Below are positions 1-11,017 of a stretch of 64,000 nt of DNA, piece by piece. Every line of letters starts with the position of its first letter. Within the stretch, counting starts at the first letter, position 1. Made by a program: the position numbers and the translations under genes. The stretch comes from Lophium mytilinum (lineage: Eukaryota): contig MU004194.1 in assembly GCA_010093605.1 (NCBI GenBank), positions 1,216,323 to 1,280,322 of the forward strand, written 5' to 3'. The notes below the pieces were generated by a model. The model was not told the DNA's origin and ran no database searches. It worked only from the letters and a program-made list of their open reading frames with translations.

Positions 1-267
1 CGTCTTCTGCCCCTTCTCTGTTAAAAGATGCCCGCAAGGGGGGTCCTCGCAACCTTTGTTTTGGACTTCCCCTTCATCTCACCTTCCGTGGCCGTCAGGC
101 CACATTTAGGGCTAATTCAGCTCATGCTCATACACAACATTATGTGGAGCCGACCGTTTTTCTGTATGCTGGCGCTAAGCTGGCAAAGTGGGTGTCCGGC
201 ACGAGCAATCATCGAGGCCCCCCTTGTCGTTAGCATAAACCCACACGTGCATATATACATACCACAC

Positions 268-441
268 TGTCAAAGGTATAGAGTCGATGGGAGAATAGAT
301 GGATAGATAGATAGGAATTGTATTGCTTTTTTTCTATTCTACATCGACAGCAACGGAGTATNNNNNNNNNNNNNNNNNNNNNNNNNNNNNNNNNNNTAAT
401 CCTTACACACTCCCTTAAGCGTTATATGCTTATTTTGTATA
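268..441 (-). repeat. 3' LTR of the copia element (interrupted by N gap 362-396)
   Basis: Starts with TG right after the TSD. Its last 45 bp equal 5628-5672. Followed on + by TTCTTTTTC (442-450), which reads GAAAAAGAA on the element strand, a polypurine-tract-like sequence. Confidence 0.75.
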
Positions 442-452
442 TTCTTTTTCGA

Positions 453-492
453 ATAGATAGAGAGATAGATAGATAGATAGATAGAGAGATAT

Positions 493-530
<38 letters not shown>
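453..530. repeat. (ATAG/GATA)n microsatellite in the 3' non-coding region of the retroelement
   Basis: Directly visible tandem ATAG units with a few AG/AT interruptions. Confidence 0.95.
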
Positions 531-620
531 TTTCTTCTTTGCATAGATAGATAGATAGAATCTATGTATCTATGTATTTGCGCAATAGAGTTATATCTAT
601 GTATCTATGTATCTATATAT

Positions 621-3600
621 CTATTTAGTGTCTAATCTCATATAGTCTACTATTTTAGTAAAACTACTTCCCACTAATGGTTTAGTGAATATATCAGCTA
701 TTTGCTCCTTAGTATTAAGGTAGGCTAGCTTTATTAATCCATTTTGAACGTTTTCTCTTACAAAATAATATTGTATATCTATATGTTTAGTTTTTGAGTG
801 GTGTTCAGGATTATTAGCTAATTCTATAGCTGATTGACTATCCGTAAATAGATAGAAGTCTTCTGTATTTTTAATATTAAGTTGTTTTAATATACTTATT
901 AAGTATATATATTCTTTTATAGTTTCTTTTAAAGCCATATATTCAGCTTCGCAACTAGATAGTGCTACAGATTTCTGTAGTTTACTATTCCAGCTAATAG
1001 GGGTTTTTCCATAGGAGAAGTAGTAGCCAGTTGTTGATTTTCTTCCTATTATATCACCCCCGTGATCTGCATCGGAATATCCTAATAAATAGGGTGCTGG
1101 ATCACTAGGAGAAAATTTAACGCTAATTCCGTGCGTAGGCTTATATAATAAGTATTTCCAGATCCTTTCTAAGGCTTTAAAGTGAATAGGACTAGGATTA
1201 GACATAAAACAAGCGCATAGATTTACGCTATAGGCTATATCTGGTCTTATTTTTGTAGATAGATAAATAAGACTTCCAACTTATTGCTAGTATAGTTTTA
1301 TATCTTCTTTTAATGCCTGTTTATCGTTTTTCTCTAGTTTTATACCTATTTCTCCTAGTATAGAAACGGGGTTTAGTTTCTCTTTATTAAATCTTTTTAA
1401 TAGACTTTTTGTATACTTTTTCTAGCTTAGTAATAAGGTTCTTTCCTTTCTATTACGTATTATTTCCATGCCTAGAAAATAGGATATAGGGCCTAAGTTT
1501 GTTAATTCTAAGTCTTTACTTAGTTTTAATTGTAGATTTTCTATATCTTTTATATTTGGCCCAAATACTAATAAATTATCTACGTAGCAGACTATTATTA
1601 TATTTAGTTGCGTATTTTTAAATACTGCTTGCTCTGCAATAGTACTTTTAAAACCGTACTTTTCTAGATAGGTAGCTAGATGTATATACCACTGTCTAGG
1701 TGATTGTTTTAAACCGTATAAGGCTTTATTTAGTTTACAGACTTTATTACTATTGTTTTTATTAAAACCATGTGGTTGTTCCACGTAAAGTTCTTTATCT
1801 AATTCTGCATGCGTAAATGCATTTTTAAAGTCCCATTATATTATTTCCCAGTTATAATAGGTAGCTATTATAAGCAATAGCCTATATACTTCTGGGCGGC
1901 AGATATTAGCAAAGGTTTCTTCATAATCTACACCGTAGATTTAGCTAAAACCTTTTACTACCTATCTTGCCTTATATTTAGATATATTATTATCTATATC
2001 GGTTTTAATCTTATAAACCCAGCGTCCTTTTAACGCATTTCTATTTACTGGTAAGTCTACTAACTCCCAGGTATTTTGCTTATTAAGCTGGTCTATTTCT
2101 ATTTGCATAGCTTCTTTCCACTTATTATTATAAGGAGATTCTATAGCTTGTTTATATGTATTTAGCTCGTTGTTATTATTGATAATAAAGGCTAATTCAT
2201 CTTCAGATAGATCATCTATATATGTATTTGTAGATGATTGAGTTTGGTTTCTATCTATGTATGTATTTAATAATTGTACTTGATTTTCATCTATGTATCT
2301 ATTTATCGAATTTGGATTTTGTGTATATCTTTAAATAGATAGATTTCTAGATGGTTTTAAAGCTAATTCATCTTCAGAGCTTTCATCTATTATTGAATTA
2401 TTACTACTTATAGTATTATTACTTATAGTATTATTACTTATAGTATTACTTGTAGTATTATTACTTATAGTATTATCTTTTAGTGGCTCTATATTAATAA
2501 CGTATTCTAAAGGATTTCCCTTTTTATTAACGTTGGTTTTATTCCTTTTATTAAGGAAGCCTTCTATTATAGATACATCTCTTGCCCAAAAGATCTTTTT
2601 AGTTTCTAGATCTAATAGTCTATATGCATTTGAACCATAGCCTAATACTATAGCCTTTTTAGCTCTTGGTTCTAATTTAGTTATTTGCGTTTTAACCTTA
2701 TAATAAGCTGTAGAGCCGAAGATTTTTATATTATCTATTTCAGCTTTTCTTTTATAATATAGCTCAAATAGCGTTTTATCTTTTAAGCTAGAGTGCGGCG
2801 TTCTATTGTATATATATACGGCCGCATTTACAGCTTCTCCCCATAAATTAAAAGGTAGATTAGCTGTATATAATAGAGCCCTTACTATATTAAATATAGT
2901 TAAGTTAATTCGTTCTATTAAGCCGTTTTGTTCCGGCGTATAGGGGCTTGAGAGTTGATGGGTTATACCCGTTTTTAAAAGAGTTGTTTTAAACTTCTTA
3001 TTTATATATTCTCCCCCATTATCGGTTTTAAAGATTTGTATCTTTCTTTTATCTCCTGTATTTTCAGCCTTAGCTTTATATTCTAAAAAGGCGTTATAAG
3101 CTTCATCTTTAGACTTTAATAGTTTATATTCTATATATCTTGAAGCTGTATCTATAAAGAAGATAACGTATTTATTACCCCCTAAAGTAGGTGGATTTAT
3201 AGGCCCTGCTAGATCTGAAGATACTTTTTGTAAAGGAATTTCAGTTTTTACTGTTAATTCCTTACTTCTTTTATTTTTAGTTATCTTAGCTTTTATACAG
3301 GCTTCGCATTGTATAGGTTCTTTTATAGGTGGTATGCCTAATAGTATACTAAGCTTTCTAGAGCTTATATGGCCCATTCTTTGGTGCCAAATAGATAGAT
3401 TATTTCTATCTATGTATGTATTTGTCAAATCGCTTTTATCTATCTGTTTATGTATTTGATTCATTTGCTTTGTAAAAAGCGTTGTATTTTCTATATTTAT
3501 ATAGTATAAAGAGTTTTTAAGCGATGCTGTTGCTAGTATATTATTCTTTTTATATATAATAGCTGTTTTATTCTTAAACGTAACGTTTATTCCTATAGAA

Positions 3601-4703
3601 TCTAGTTTACTTATAGATATTAGATTATATCCAAAGTTAGGTATAAAAAGGCACTTTTCTAGTATAAATATATTCCCATTTAGTTTTAATTGTACATTTC
3701 CTACACCTTTTGCGGTTGTAGTTTTATTTTCTCCCCAATTTAATATAATAGCTTGCTCCTTATAACTAGTAAATAGATTTCTATCTACTATTATATGGCT
3801 TGTGCTCCCGGAGTCTAATATATAATTAGCTTCGTTATTAGGGGTATAATGGGATGCTAGAAATACCTTTACTTCAGCTGCATCTAGATCTATATCGAAA
3901 TCTGCCCAGTTATTAGGGTTAGATTCTTCTGTAAGTAAGGATTCTTCCTTATTATTATTATCTTTTGGTGGTTCAAAGTACTCCTTTGTTCTAAACCATT
4001 TTGGAGCTCTTTCTGGAAATAGATAGAAACAATCCTTTGTAAGGTGCGTAGCTGTTTTACACTTCTTACAATATCTTGTTTTTTCTACTCTATTCTTATT
4101 TTTAGGCAAGAACTTTTTAGTTCTATTAAATAGAGCCGTTTCGTGCTCTTTAGACTCTTGTCTTCTTGCTTTATCCATTAAATTAGAGAATAAATTATCT
4201 AATTTAATATTAGATGAATTTTCCCTATAGGATTGCGTAACCATTGTTACAAAGCCATCGTAGGGGTCCGTTAGGTTATTTAAAACCTAGGCTACAATAA
4301 CTTGATTTGGTAATTCAAGCTTTTTCGCTTTTAATTGATCTGTTAACTGTTTTATCTTATTTAAGTAATCTTCTATAGTTGAAAACTTAGATAAAACAGT
4401 ATTAAACAGCTCCTTATAAATAAGGAATTTAGAACTAAAGCCCTTTGGGCTATATAGCTTCTTTAGTAGCTTCCAAGCTTCTATTGCAGTAGCAGAATAC
4501 TGTAATTGTAATAGAGGACCATCCTCTATAGTAAGCCTAATAGTGGCTAATGCTTTTGCATCGTTTTCCTTATTAATAGGAATAGGAGTAGTACTGCTAA
4601 TAGCATCACTACAACTTTTTTCTACTAAGAGAGATTGTACTCTTAGAGCCCAAACTTCGTAGTTAGATTGACCAACTAGCTTGGTAATACTGATTTTATC
4701 CAT
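621..4703 (-). pseudogene. Disrupted copia gag-pol polyprotein
   Basis: Gag (NYEVWALRVQSLL), Zn knuckle CKKCKTATHLTKDC, protease YILDSGSTSH, WHQRMGH..CEAC, integrase (VSSDLAGP, KTDNGGEY, PEQNGLIERIN), RT (LNKALYGLKQSPRQW, YVDNLL), RNase H (GYSDADHGG, SSCEAEYMA, KHIDIQYYFVRE). Broken by TAG/TAA stops. Confidence 0.93.
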
Positions 4704-5578
4704 TTTAGATTGNNNNNNNNNNNNNNNNNNNNNNNNNNNNNNNNNNNNNNNNNNNNNNNNNNNNNNNNNNNNNNNNNNNNNNNNNNNNNNNNNNNNNNNN
4801 NNNNNNNNNNNNNNNNNNNNNNNNNNNNNNNNNNNNNNNNNNNNNNNNNNNNNNNNNNNNNNNNNNNNNNNNNNNNNNNNNNNNNNNNNNNNNNNNNNNN
4901 NNNNNNNNNNNNNNNNNNNNNNNNNNNNNNNNNNNNNNNNNNNNNNNNNNNNNNNNNNNNNNNNNNNNNNNNNNNNNNNNNNNNNNNNNNNNNNNNNNNN
5001 NNNNNNNNNNNNNNNNNNNNNNNNNNNNNNNNNNNNNNNNNNNNNNNNNNNNNNNNNNNNNNNNNNNNNNNNNNNNNNNNNNNNNNNNNNNNNNNNNNNN
5101 NNNNNNNNNNNNNNNNNNNNNNNNNNNNNNNNNNNNNNNNNNNNNNNNNNNNNNNNNNNNNNNNNNNNNNNNNNNNNNNNNNNNNNNNNNNNNNNNNNNN
5201 NNNNNNNNNNNNNNNNNNNNNNNNNNNNNNNNNNNNNNNNNNNNNNNNNNNNNNNNNNNNNNNNNNNNNNNNNNNNNNNNNNNNNNNNNNNNNNNNNNNN
5301 NNNNNNNNNNNNNNNNNNNNNNNNNNNNNNNNNNNNNNNNNNNNNNNNNNNNNNNNNNNNNNNNNNNNNNNNNNNNNNNNNNNNNNNNNNNNNNNNNNNN
5401 NNNNNNNNNNNNNNNNNNNNNNNNNNNNNNNNNNNNNNNNNNNNNNNNNNNNNNNNNNNNNNNNNNNNNNNNNNNNNNNNNNNNNNNNNNNNNNNNNNNN
5501 NNNNNNNNNNNNNNNNNNNNNNNNNNNNNNNNNNNNNNNNNNNNNNNNNNNNNNNNNNNNNNNNNNNNNNNNNNNNNC

Positions 5579-5672
5579 CGTTTGAAGGCTTTTGAGCCTA
5601 TTATGCGTAAGGATATAACGCTTATACTAATCCTTACACACTCCCTTAAGCGTTATATGCTTATTTTGTATA
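5579..5672 (-). repeat. Visible part of the 5' LTR of the copia element (rest lies in the gap)
   Basis: Shares 45 bp with the left LTR and is followed by the TSD CACAC. Confidence 0.75.
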
Positions 5673-5743
5673 CACACTGCCTTGATCATGCTCGTTTCGC
5701 CACAGCGTGCGCTCGCAACCTCGTCCAGGCCATGTAACTAACT

Positions 5744-8315
5744 ATGGCCGACCTCATCGAAATCCTCGAGCGCTTGGGGCTTCGGGATTACTACAGCGCG
5801 ATGCATGAAAACGGGTTCGAGACGTGGGAGAGAGTGCAGGATATCTCAGAGGACGACCTTCAACAACTCGGATTCAAGCTCGGACACAGACGGGCCTTGC
5901 AGCGCGAGATCGCAACTTTTCGCGGCCTGCACACCTCGCTCTCTCTGGCACCGGAGCCCATAACTGGAAGCGACACCTTGTCCGCTTTGGAGTGTAGCTG
6001 TGCGCAGAGATCCACAGCGAGAACACGAGAGGGCAAGCGTAAATATCGTAGGCATCCTCAGCTGGACAGCAGGGCACCGAAGAAGCCCAAGACGGCTTGT
6101 TAGTACCTCACTGAGTCTTGCTAATCGCTGAATTACCCTCTGCAGACGTCAACTTTGCCGACTATCTGCGGATAGATCCCGCGATAAGATCCCTCTCTTT
6201 CGTGGACATCGCCAAGGAAGTTGGAAGACAGTGGCAGAATCTTTCTCCAGACAGCAAACGCAAATGGGAAAGTAAGGCTGCACGTGCAGCCCAGGAGTAT
6301 GAGGTGCAGATGGATGATTACAAGAAGACCACTTCTTACCGCAACTACAAAGCCTACCTTGAAGACTTCAGGGCTCAACAAGCACGAGAAAAGGTGGGAG
6401 GAAAGGAAAGTGGTGTCCGGCTCGAAACTCCTAGCTGTTTGGATCATCACCGTGGAAGTTCAATGAGCTCGCCCGGCAGCCCGGTATCTTTAGCGTCGTC
6501 AGTGTCGCCAGGTATCAATGATGAGAACTGCCTCAACTCCCTTAGAACTGCTCTAGGAAAACTTGCGCCTTTAAGCGGAGGTATGTTGGCCGCTGGGGCT
6601 CAACCATACCATGCAAGAAACCTTCCATCGGAAGCTGTAATGCGGCGAGCCATGTATGCCTTCATCGTCGGCACCGGTTCACTCATATACATGTGGTCAT
6701 TCGCTCAGGCAGATGAGCTGTTAGATCGCCTGTACAGGCCTGTGTTCGAGCCGGACCCAATGACTACCGCAGAGTGCTTCATAATTGCTGCCATGGGCTC
6801 TCATTATGATCTCGAGCACTTTTCAGACGACGTTCGGAAAGCACTATACGTATCCAGTACGTTCCAATTGGAGCAGGGAGTTGCTAAAGTCGACTACCTT
6901 CGCACCATGCGGCTGCTCTTGACTTTGTCTTTTCATTCGATGCTGGAAAAGCATATGAGCGCAAGATATCTCATTTGTGAGTATTTGAGTGTATGAATGA
7001 GGAAATCGACTAATATACCCAAAGCTGCAGGGTTGCAGATTGGCCGTTCGCAGTTTTCTCGACTACATAGCTATGCACACGATATACAGAACGACAGCTG
7101 GAGGAGGGTATTCCGGAGTTTGGTGTTCATGGACTGGTAACTCCATAACGCATTTTGCTTCACGTGGAGGACTAATCTGAGTTAGCTGGCTGTCCTACAC
7201 GCTTGGATATACGTTTAAAATTACCCAGGATGATATCGCTGCAAGTCTCCCGAACCTAAGGTTGAGCGCCCTCGCTAATCAGACCTAGATTTCGAGTGTC
7301 TCGTGCGTAGACCCCATTCATATAAACGAGGCTATTCGTACACAGGCCAGCAGTATTGGACTGATAGCAGCCGAAGTAGCAAAGATTATGGCTGACCCCA
7401 CTATGATCACTCGTGGAAACGTTATGGCATTAGCTGAGAGGCTCGGTGCCTGGCGTTCGCAATTACCTTTGATGTTATAGCTCATCATCTTGACGTCGAG
7501 CGGCTCATCCGAGCTAACACTACACCAGCGGAGAGCAAGTCGAATGTTCCACGTACGTAAAACTGACACGGCCGGCCGTGCGCCGTTCTTGTATTAACAA
7601 CCTCGACAGATCATATACCTCGGCGCTCTTATCCTTCTGTACAGGCAGTCGCTCATTGCAGCTTCTCAAGTGCAATCAAGTAAAGACAGCTACCGCTGCA
7701 CCCTAGACTTATCGCTGAAAGAGATACAGAATTATAGAGAAGAATGTGTCATAGCTGCACGTCAGATAGCTCGAATCCTGGGGCTTATTGACTTCGATGG
7801 TACCCTCACAAAACGATGCTGGTTAATAATGTTAGTCTGAAATCCAATTCTCTCGCTTTTGCGCTGACCAAAAAAATCAGATATTGGTTCTTTACTGCTT
7901 GCATAGTGCCCCTTTTCAGCGCCGTGTCTAAAATGTTGGATGGGACCCAAGAAGGCATAGCGGAAGATCTTACCTACGCCAACGGCTGCCTAGAGACTCT
8001 TCAAGACTGCCGCGGCTACGAACCGGTTGCGGAAAGATATATCCAACCCCTGCTCCCAATCTATGAGTCGCTTCGCAGCGTCCATAGTCGCACTATCGGA
8101 AGAGCAAAACCAGCATATTTTCCCTTCTACAGCCTGCAGATCCGGCGCAACTAAGCCCCCCAATTCCAATATCTTGGGCAGAGGTTGGGGTCTTTTCGGA
8201 TCAGCTTTCTAGCTTATTGATGGATCCATTCGGTCGTAGGCAGGGACACGAACATGAAAGCACGAGGAGAATGCCGAGTCCAGATGGCTCTTACACTGTG
8301 TTTTGGTGGAGGTAA
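5744..8315 (+). pseudogene. SAM-domain + HMG-box + fungal transcription-factor middle-homology-region gene, probably inactivated
   Basis: SAM-like N-terminus (LERLGLRDY..ISEDDLQQLGFKLGHRRALQREI). HMG box PKKPKTA|YVNF..IAKEVGRQWQNLS after splicing intron 6099-6145. Later exons give WRRVFRSLVFMD, WLSYTLGY and H|IIYLGALILLYRQ. In-frame TAG at 7478-7480 and probable 1-nt deletion at 8106-8109. Confidence 0.75.
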
Positions 8316-9203
8316 ATTACTTGTGTCTTGCTATTGTCGCCACCTTTTAGGATGCTGTGGTACTATCCGAGTTGGAAGATTAGACAGAGTTGTGTCTGTG
8401 CAGGCATAGTCCTTGGGACTTACATATATCACGCCATGCACCACTCTATATCGACCGACGCGGCCAATGTTCAGGGATCTGGTTCACGATACTCAGGCGT
8501 CGGCAGTCGCATGATGAGTCTTGCGGAGGTAATCTGGTCTTGTCTTTAGCACTTACCCAGTCGAAGTGTCTCTAGAGTCGCCTAAGTATGTAGCCAGATG
8601 TCTTGCCGTCAATGTCAGCTGGCGACATCAAGTCCGTGAAGACGCATGAGCAATGGAATAAAAACGAAGATTGAGAGAGACGGGTTAGAAGCCGCTTGCA
8701 ACATTGAGGTAATTAAGAGCATGCAGAAAGAATGGTATATGAGTGACGAACAGCAGCACTAGTGTGCGAAACGGCACTTGAATGGGAAAGGCCCGATCGG
8801 ATGACTACATTTGGGATCTAGACATTACCGATAGTCTGACCATCGCGCATATAAAGAGAATAAAGAAAGACTCGATTTCGAATCGTACGAGCGTTCATAT
8901 GAGAGGCGTGAAGTACAGGTACAATGCAACATAGTTGTTAATTGAGCTGGCCGAGTGAATGTTTTAAAGAGGACTAGAAATGTAAATGAAAATCTGATAT
9001 TCATCCCATCAAAACGAATGGAAGTAGTCATAGGCCTTCAATGCCTCTGGCGCCCATGCATGAAGTGCACGGTTGGCCAGACGGAGGACTGCAAATCGTC
9101 GGCGTCTTCGTGAAGCGCTCGCTCAGCCTCAAAGCGCAAACCTAAACCAAAATGCAGTGAGAAGGTAGCATAAGCGGCTATTGGAAAGCCAGTACTTAGA
9201 CTG

Positions 9204-11017
9204 TCAGGTCTCGTGCGGGAGGTATAGGTGAGGTTGGATGCTTTCGCTGCCCCCAAAATCAAGATCATTGAACCATGATGATGCTATGGGGCTTGTGACC
9301 AAGGACTGAATCTTCAGCATAGTCCGCTGGGCTTGAAGAAGCGCATTCGGGTATTGGAAGGCGATGATGATGCTGCATTTTGTAGCGTGTGACGCAAAAA
9401 ACTTCTTTTGCCATTCGCGGGAGGTCGAATTCACTGTGGGGAGGTCGTGAGTTGTAGGTATCCACGCGGCAGCCCCTCCTACAAGACAAATCCAAAGGAA
9501 TACCCCCGGCATGGTGCTCCAGCAGTCGGTCGTATCGGTCATCTCGAAGGCACTGACAAGAGCATCAAGAGCAGTATCCGTAGAGTATGTAGGCATCAGC
9601 TCAGGATCTATATTTGAGTTCAGCCCTGGACTGCGAGCATGCATCGCCTTGGCGGATTCCGAGATTGCTATACGGTGAACGATCGCACGACAGTAGATGA
9701 GCGAAGCCAAGCGACAAGCCTCATATATCCAGTCTTGTGATGTCTCGAGGGTTTCGTCTCTTGCTGAAGGCCTTAGTAAGAGCCGGGTATAAATTTGGTG
9801 TGCGTTGGTTTCATAAGAATCGACGTCACCTCCCTGGAATGGTGTCCTGTTGGAGCTTGTGTACGTTATTGCTAGGTTCGTAAGGTTGAACATGTCGCAC
9901 AAAATGCCGTATGTGTGGTCGGAGCATTCAGGACTTCGTGAGTGGACAAACAAAGGACTGATAGAACAATAGATAGGTGATTCAGGCAGCGGTATTGCTC
10001 GTACTGCGGGTTCAGAACGAGTTGACACATACTGCAAATACATGCTGTTCGGGATTTTTGCTCTGAATATCGCGAGATTCATAACGACTCTGTAAACGTA
10101 TAAGATTTTTGACCAGTTTGGTAGCAAAGAGTAACAGAGTGAGAGTTTCTTACGCGGTAAGTAGAAGTGCGGTCAGCCCTTGGAGGCCAAGTCTGTGTAA
10201 GCCACCCCTTTGCGCGACAATTCGTACCATTCCATCGAGGTGTACATCGAAAGCCTCTTCAGTGCCGGCGCCCATCTCGCTCACTATCAGATGGATTATA
10301 GTGATGATTGTAGAGTCGTCTGTCTGCGTTGAATGGTTCTGGAGCCTCTCGTTGATTTCTCGAATAACTCTTGTTTTGATATATGTCGTGATGGCGCTGT
10401 CATCAAGGTAGTGGTTTGACACATCTTGATATACTGAGACTACGCAGGCATGGCTCAGGAAAGCGAGATACGAGCTGAAAATCGATTCCATCCAGGTTGG
10501 CCCGGCTGTGCGAATAACAAAGTCTCTACAGGCTTAAGGAAGTTAGTTTGGTATGATGATGGAGCATAGATCAATACTTACGGCCCAGGATACCAGCTAT
10601 GAGTCTCTGGTGGAGATCTACTGCGGAAGGATTATCGTCGTTGATATACATGTGCTCGAATTCAGATCTGTCCCGGCCCCACTCGAAGGCAAACAACTCC
10701 ATGGGGTCGATGGACTCCGACACTTGAGGTTGCCTGGCCCGGTTCGAGGATTCGCTCCTTGCGTCATTTGACGGAGTTGACGATTTTCCTCTTGAGCCTG
10801 ATGGCGTAGACGATCTCGACTTAGGTGTTTGCTGCGCATCATGAGCGTGGTGCTTGTACATGACGTGAGACCGAACGTTTCTCATCGTAGAATCTGCCTT
10901 GAAGTCGTCTGGATGGGTTGCTGTAACGAACTGCAGAGGAGGGCCTGGCGCAACGGGCGGAAGTCGTTTCCTGCCCGACCTCTTCTTGCGCAGATCGGGG
11001 TCACTACCGGAAGCCAT
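9204..11017 (-). CDS. Fungal transcription-factor-like protein without a recognisable Zn2Cys6 cluster (3 exons)
   Basis: ORFs 10571-11017, 10150-10491 and 9204-10127 join in frame via GT-AG introns. Motifs LQFVTATHP..VRSHVMYKH, HLDGMVRIVAQRGGL, YEACRLASLIY and GVFLWICLVGGAAA are typical of fungal TF C-terminal domains. Confidence 0.75.

Larger units (their letters stand above)
268..5672 (-). mobile_element. Ty1/copia LTR retrotransposon, full-length but degenerate (RIP-like mutations), with 5-bp TSD CACAC
   Basis: Minus-strand ORF fragments in copia order gag - Zn knuckle - protease - integrase - RT - RNase H. A 45-bp identical direct repeat lies at 397-441 and 5628-5672 (LTR ends). The element starts TGTCAAAGG at 268 and is flanked by CACAC at 263-267 and 5673-5677. 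Very AT-rich compared with the flanks. Confidence 0.93.

Noticed and set aside
401..420. AAGGGAGTG-TGTAAGG (minus strand) as an alternative PPT/LTR boundary
   Set aside because: The same sequence is present in both LTR copies, and the CACAC TSD plus GAAAAAGAA tract support the boundaries at 441 and 5672 instead.
2400..2475. Tandem repeat encoding (NTISN)n
   Set aside because: Low-complexity linker between integrase and RT; not a CRISPR-like or independent feature.
4681..5595. Two long + strand ORFs made of X residues
   Set aside because: Artefacts of translating the N gap.
5744..6976. HMG box as a MAT1-2-1 mating-type gene
   Set aside because: The box is HMGB-like (PKKPKTAY rather than PRPPNAF), it is fused to SAM, and no APN2/SLA2 flanks are visible.
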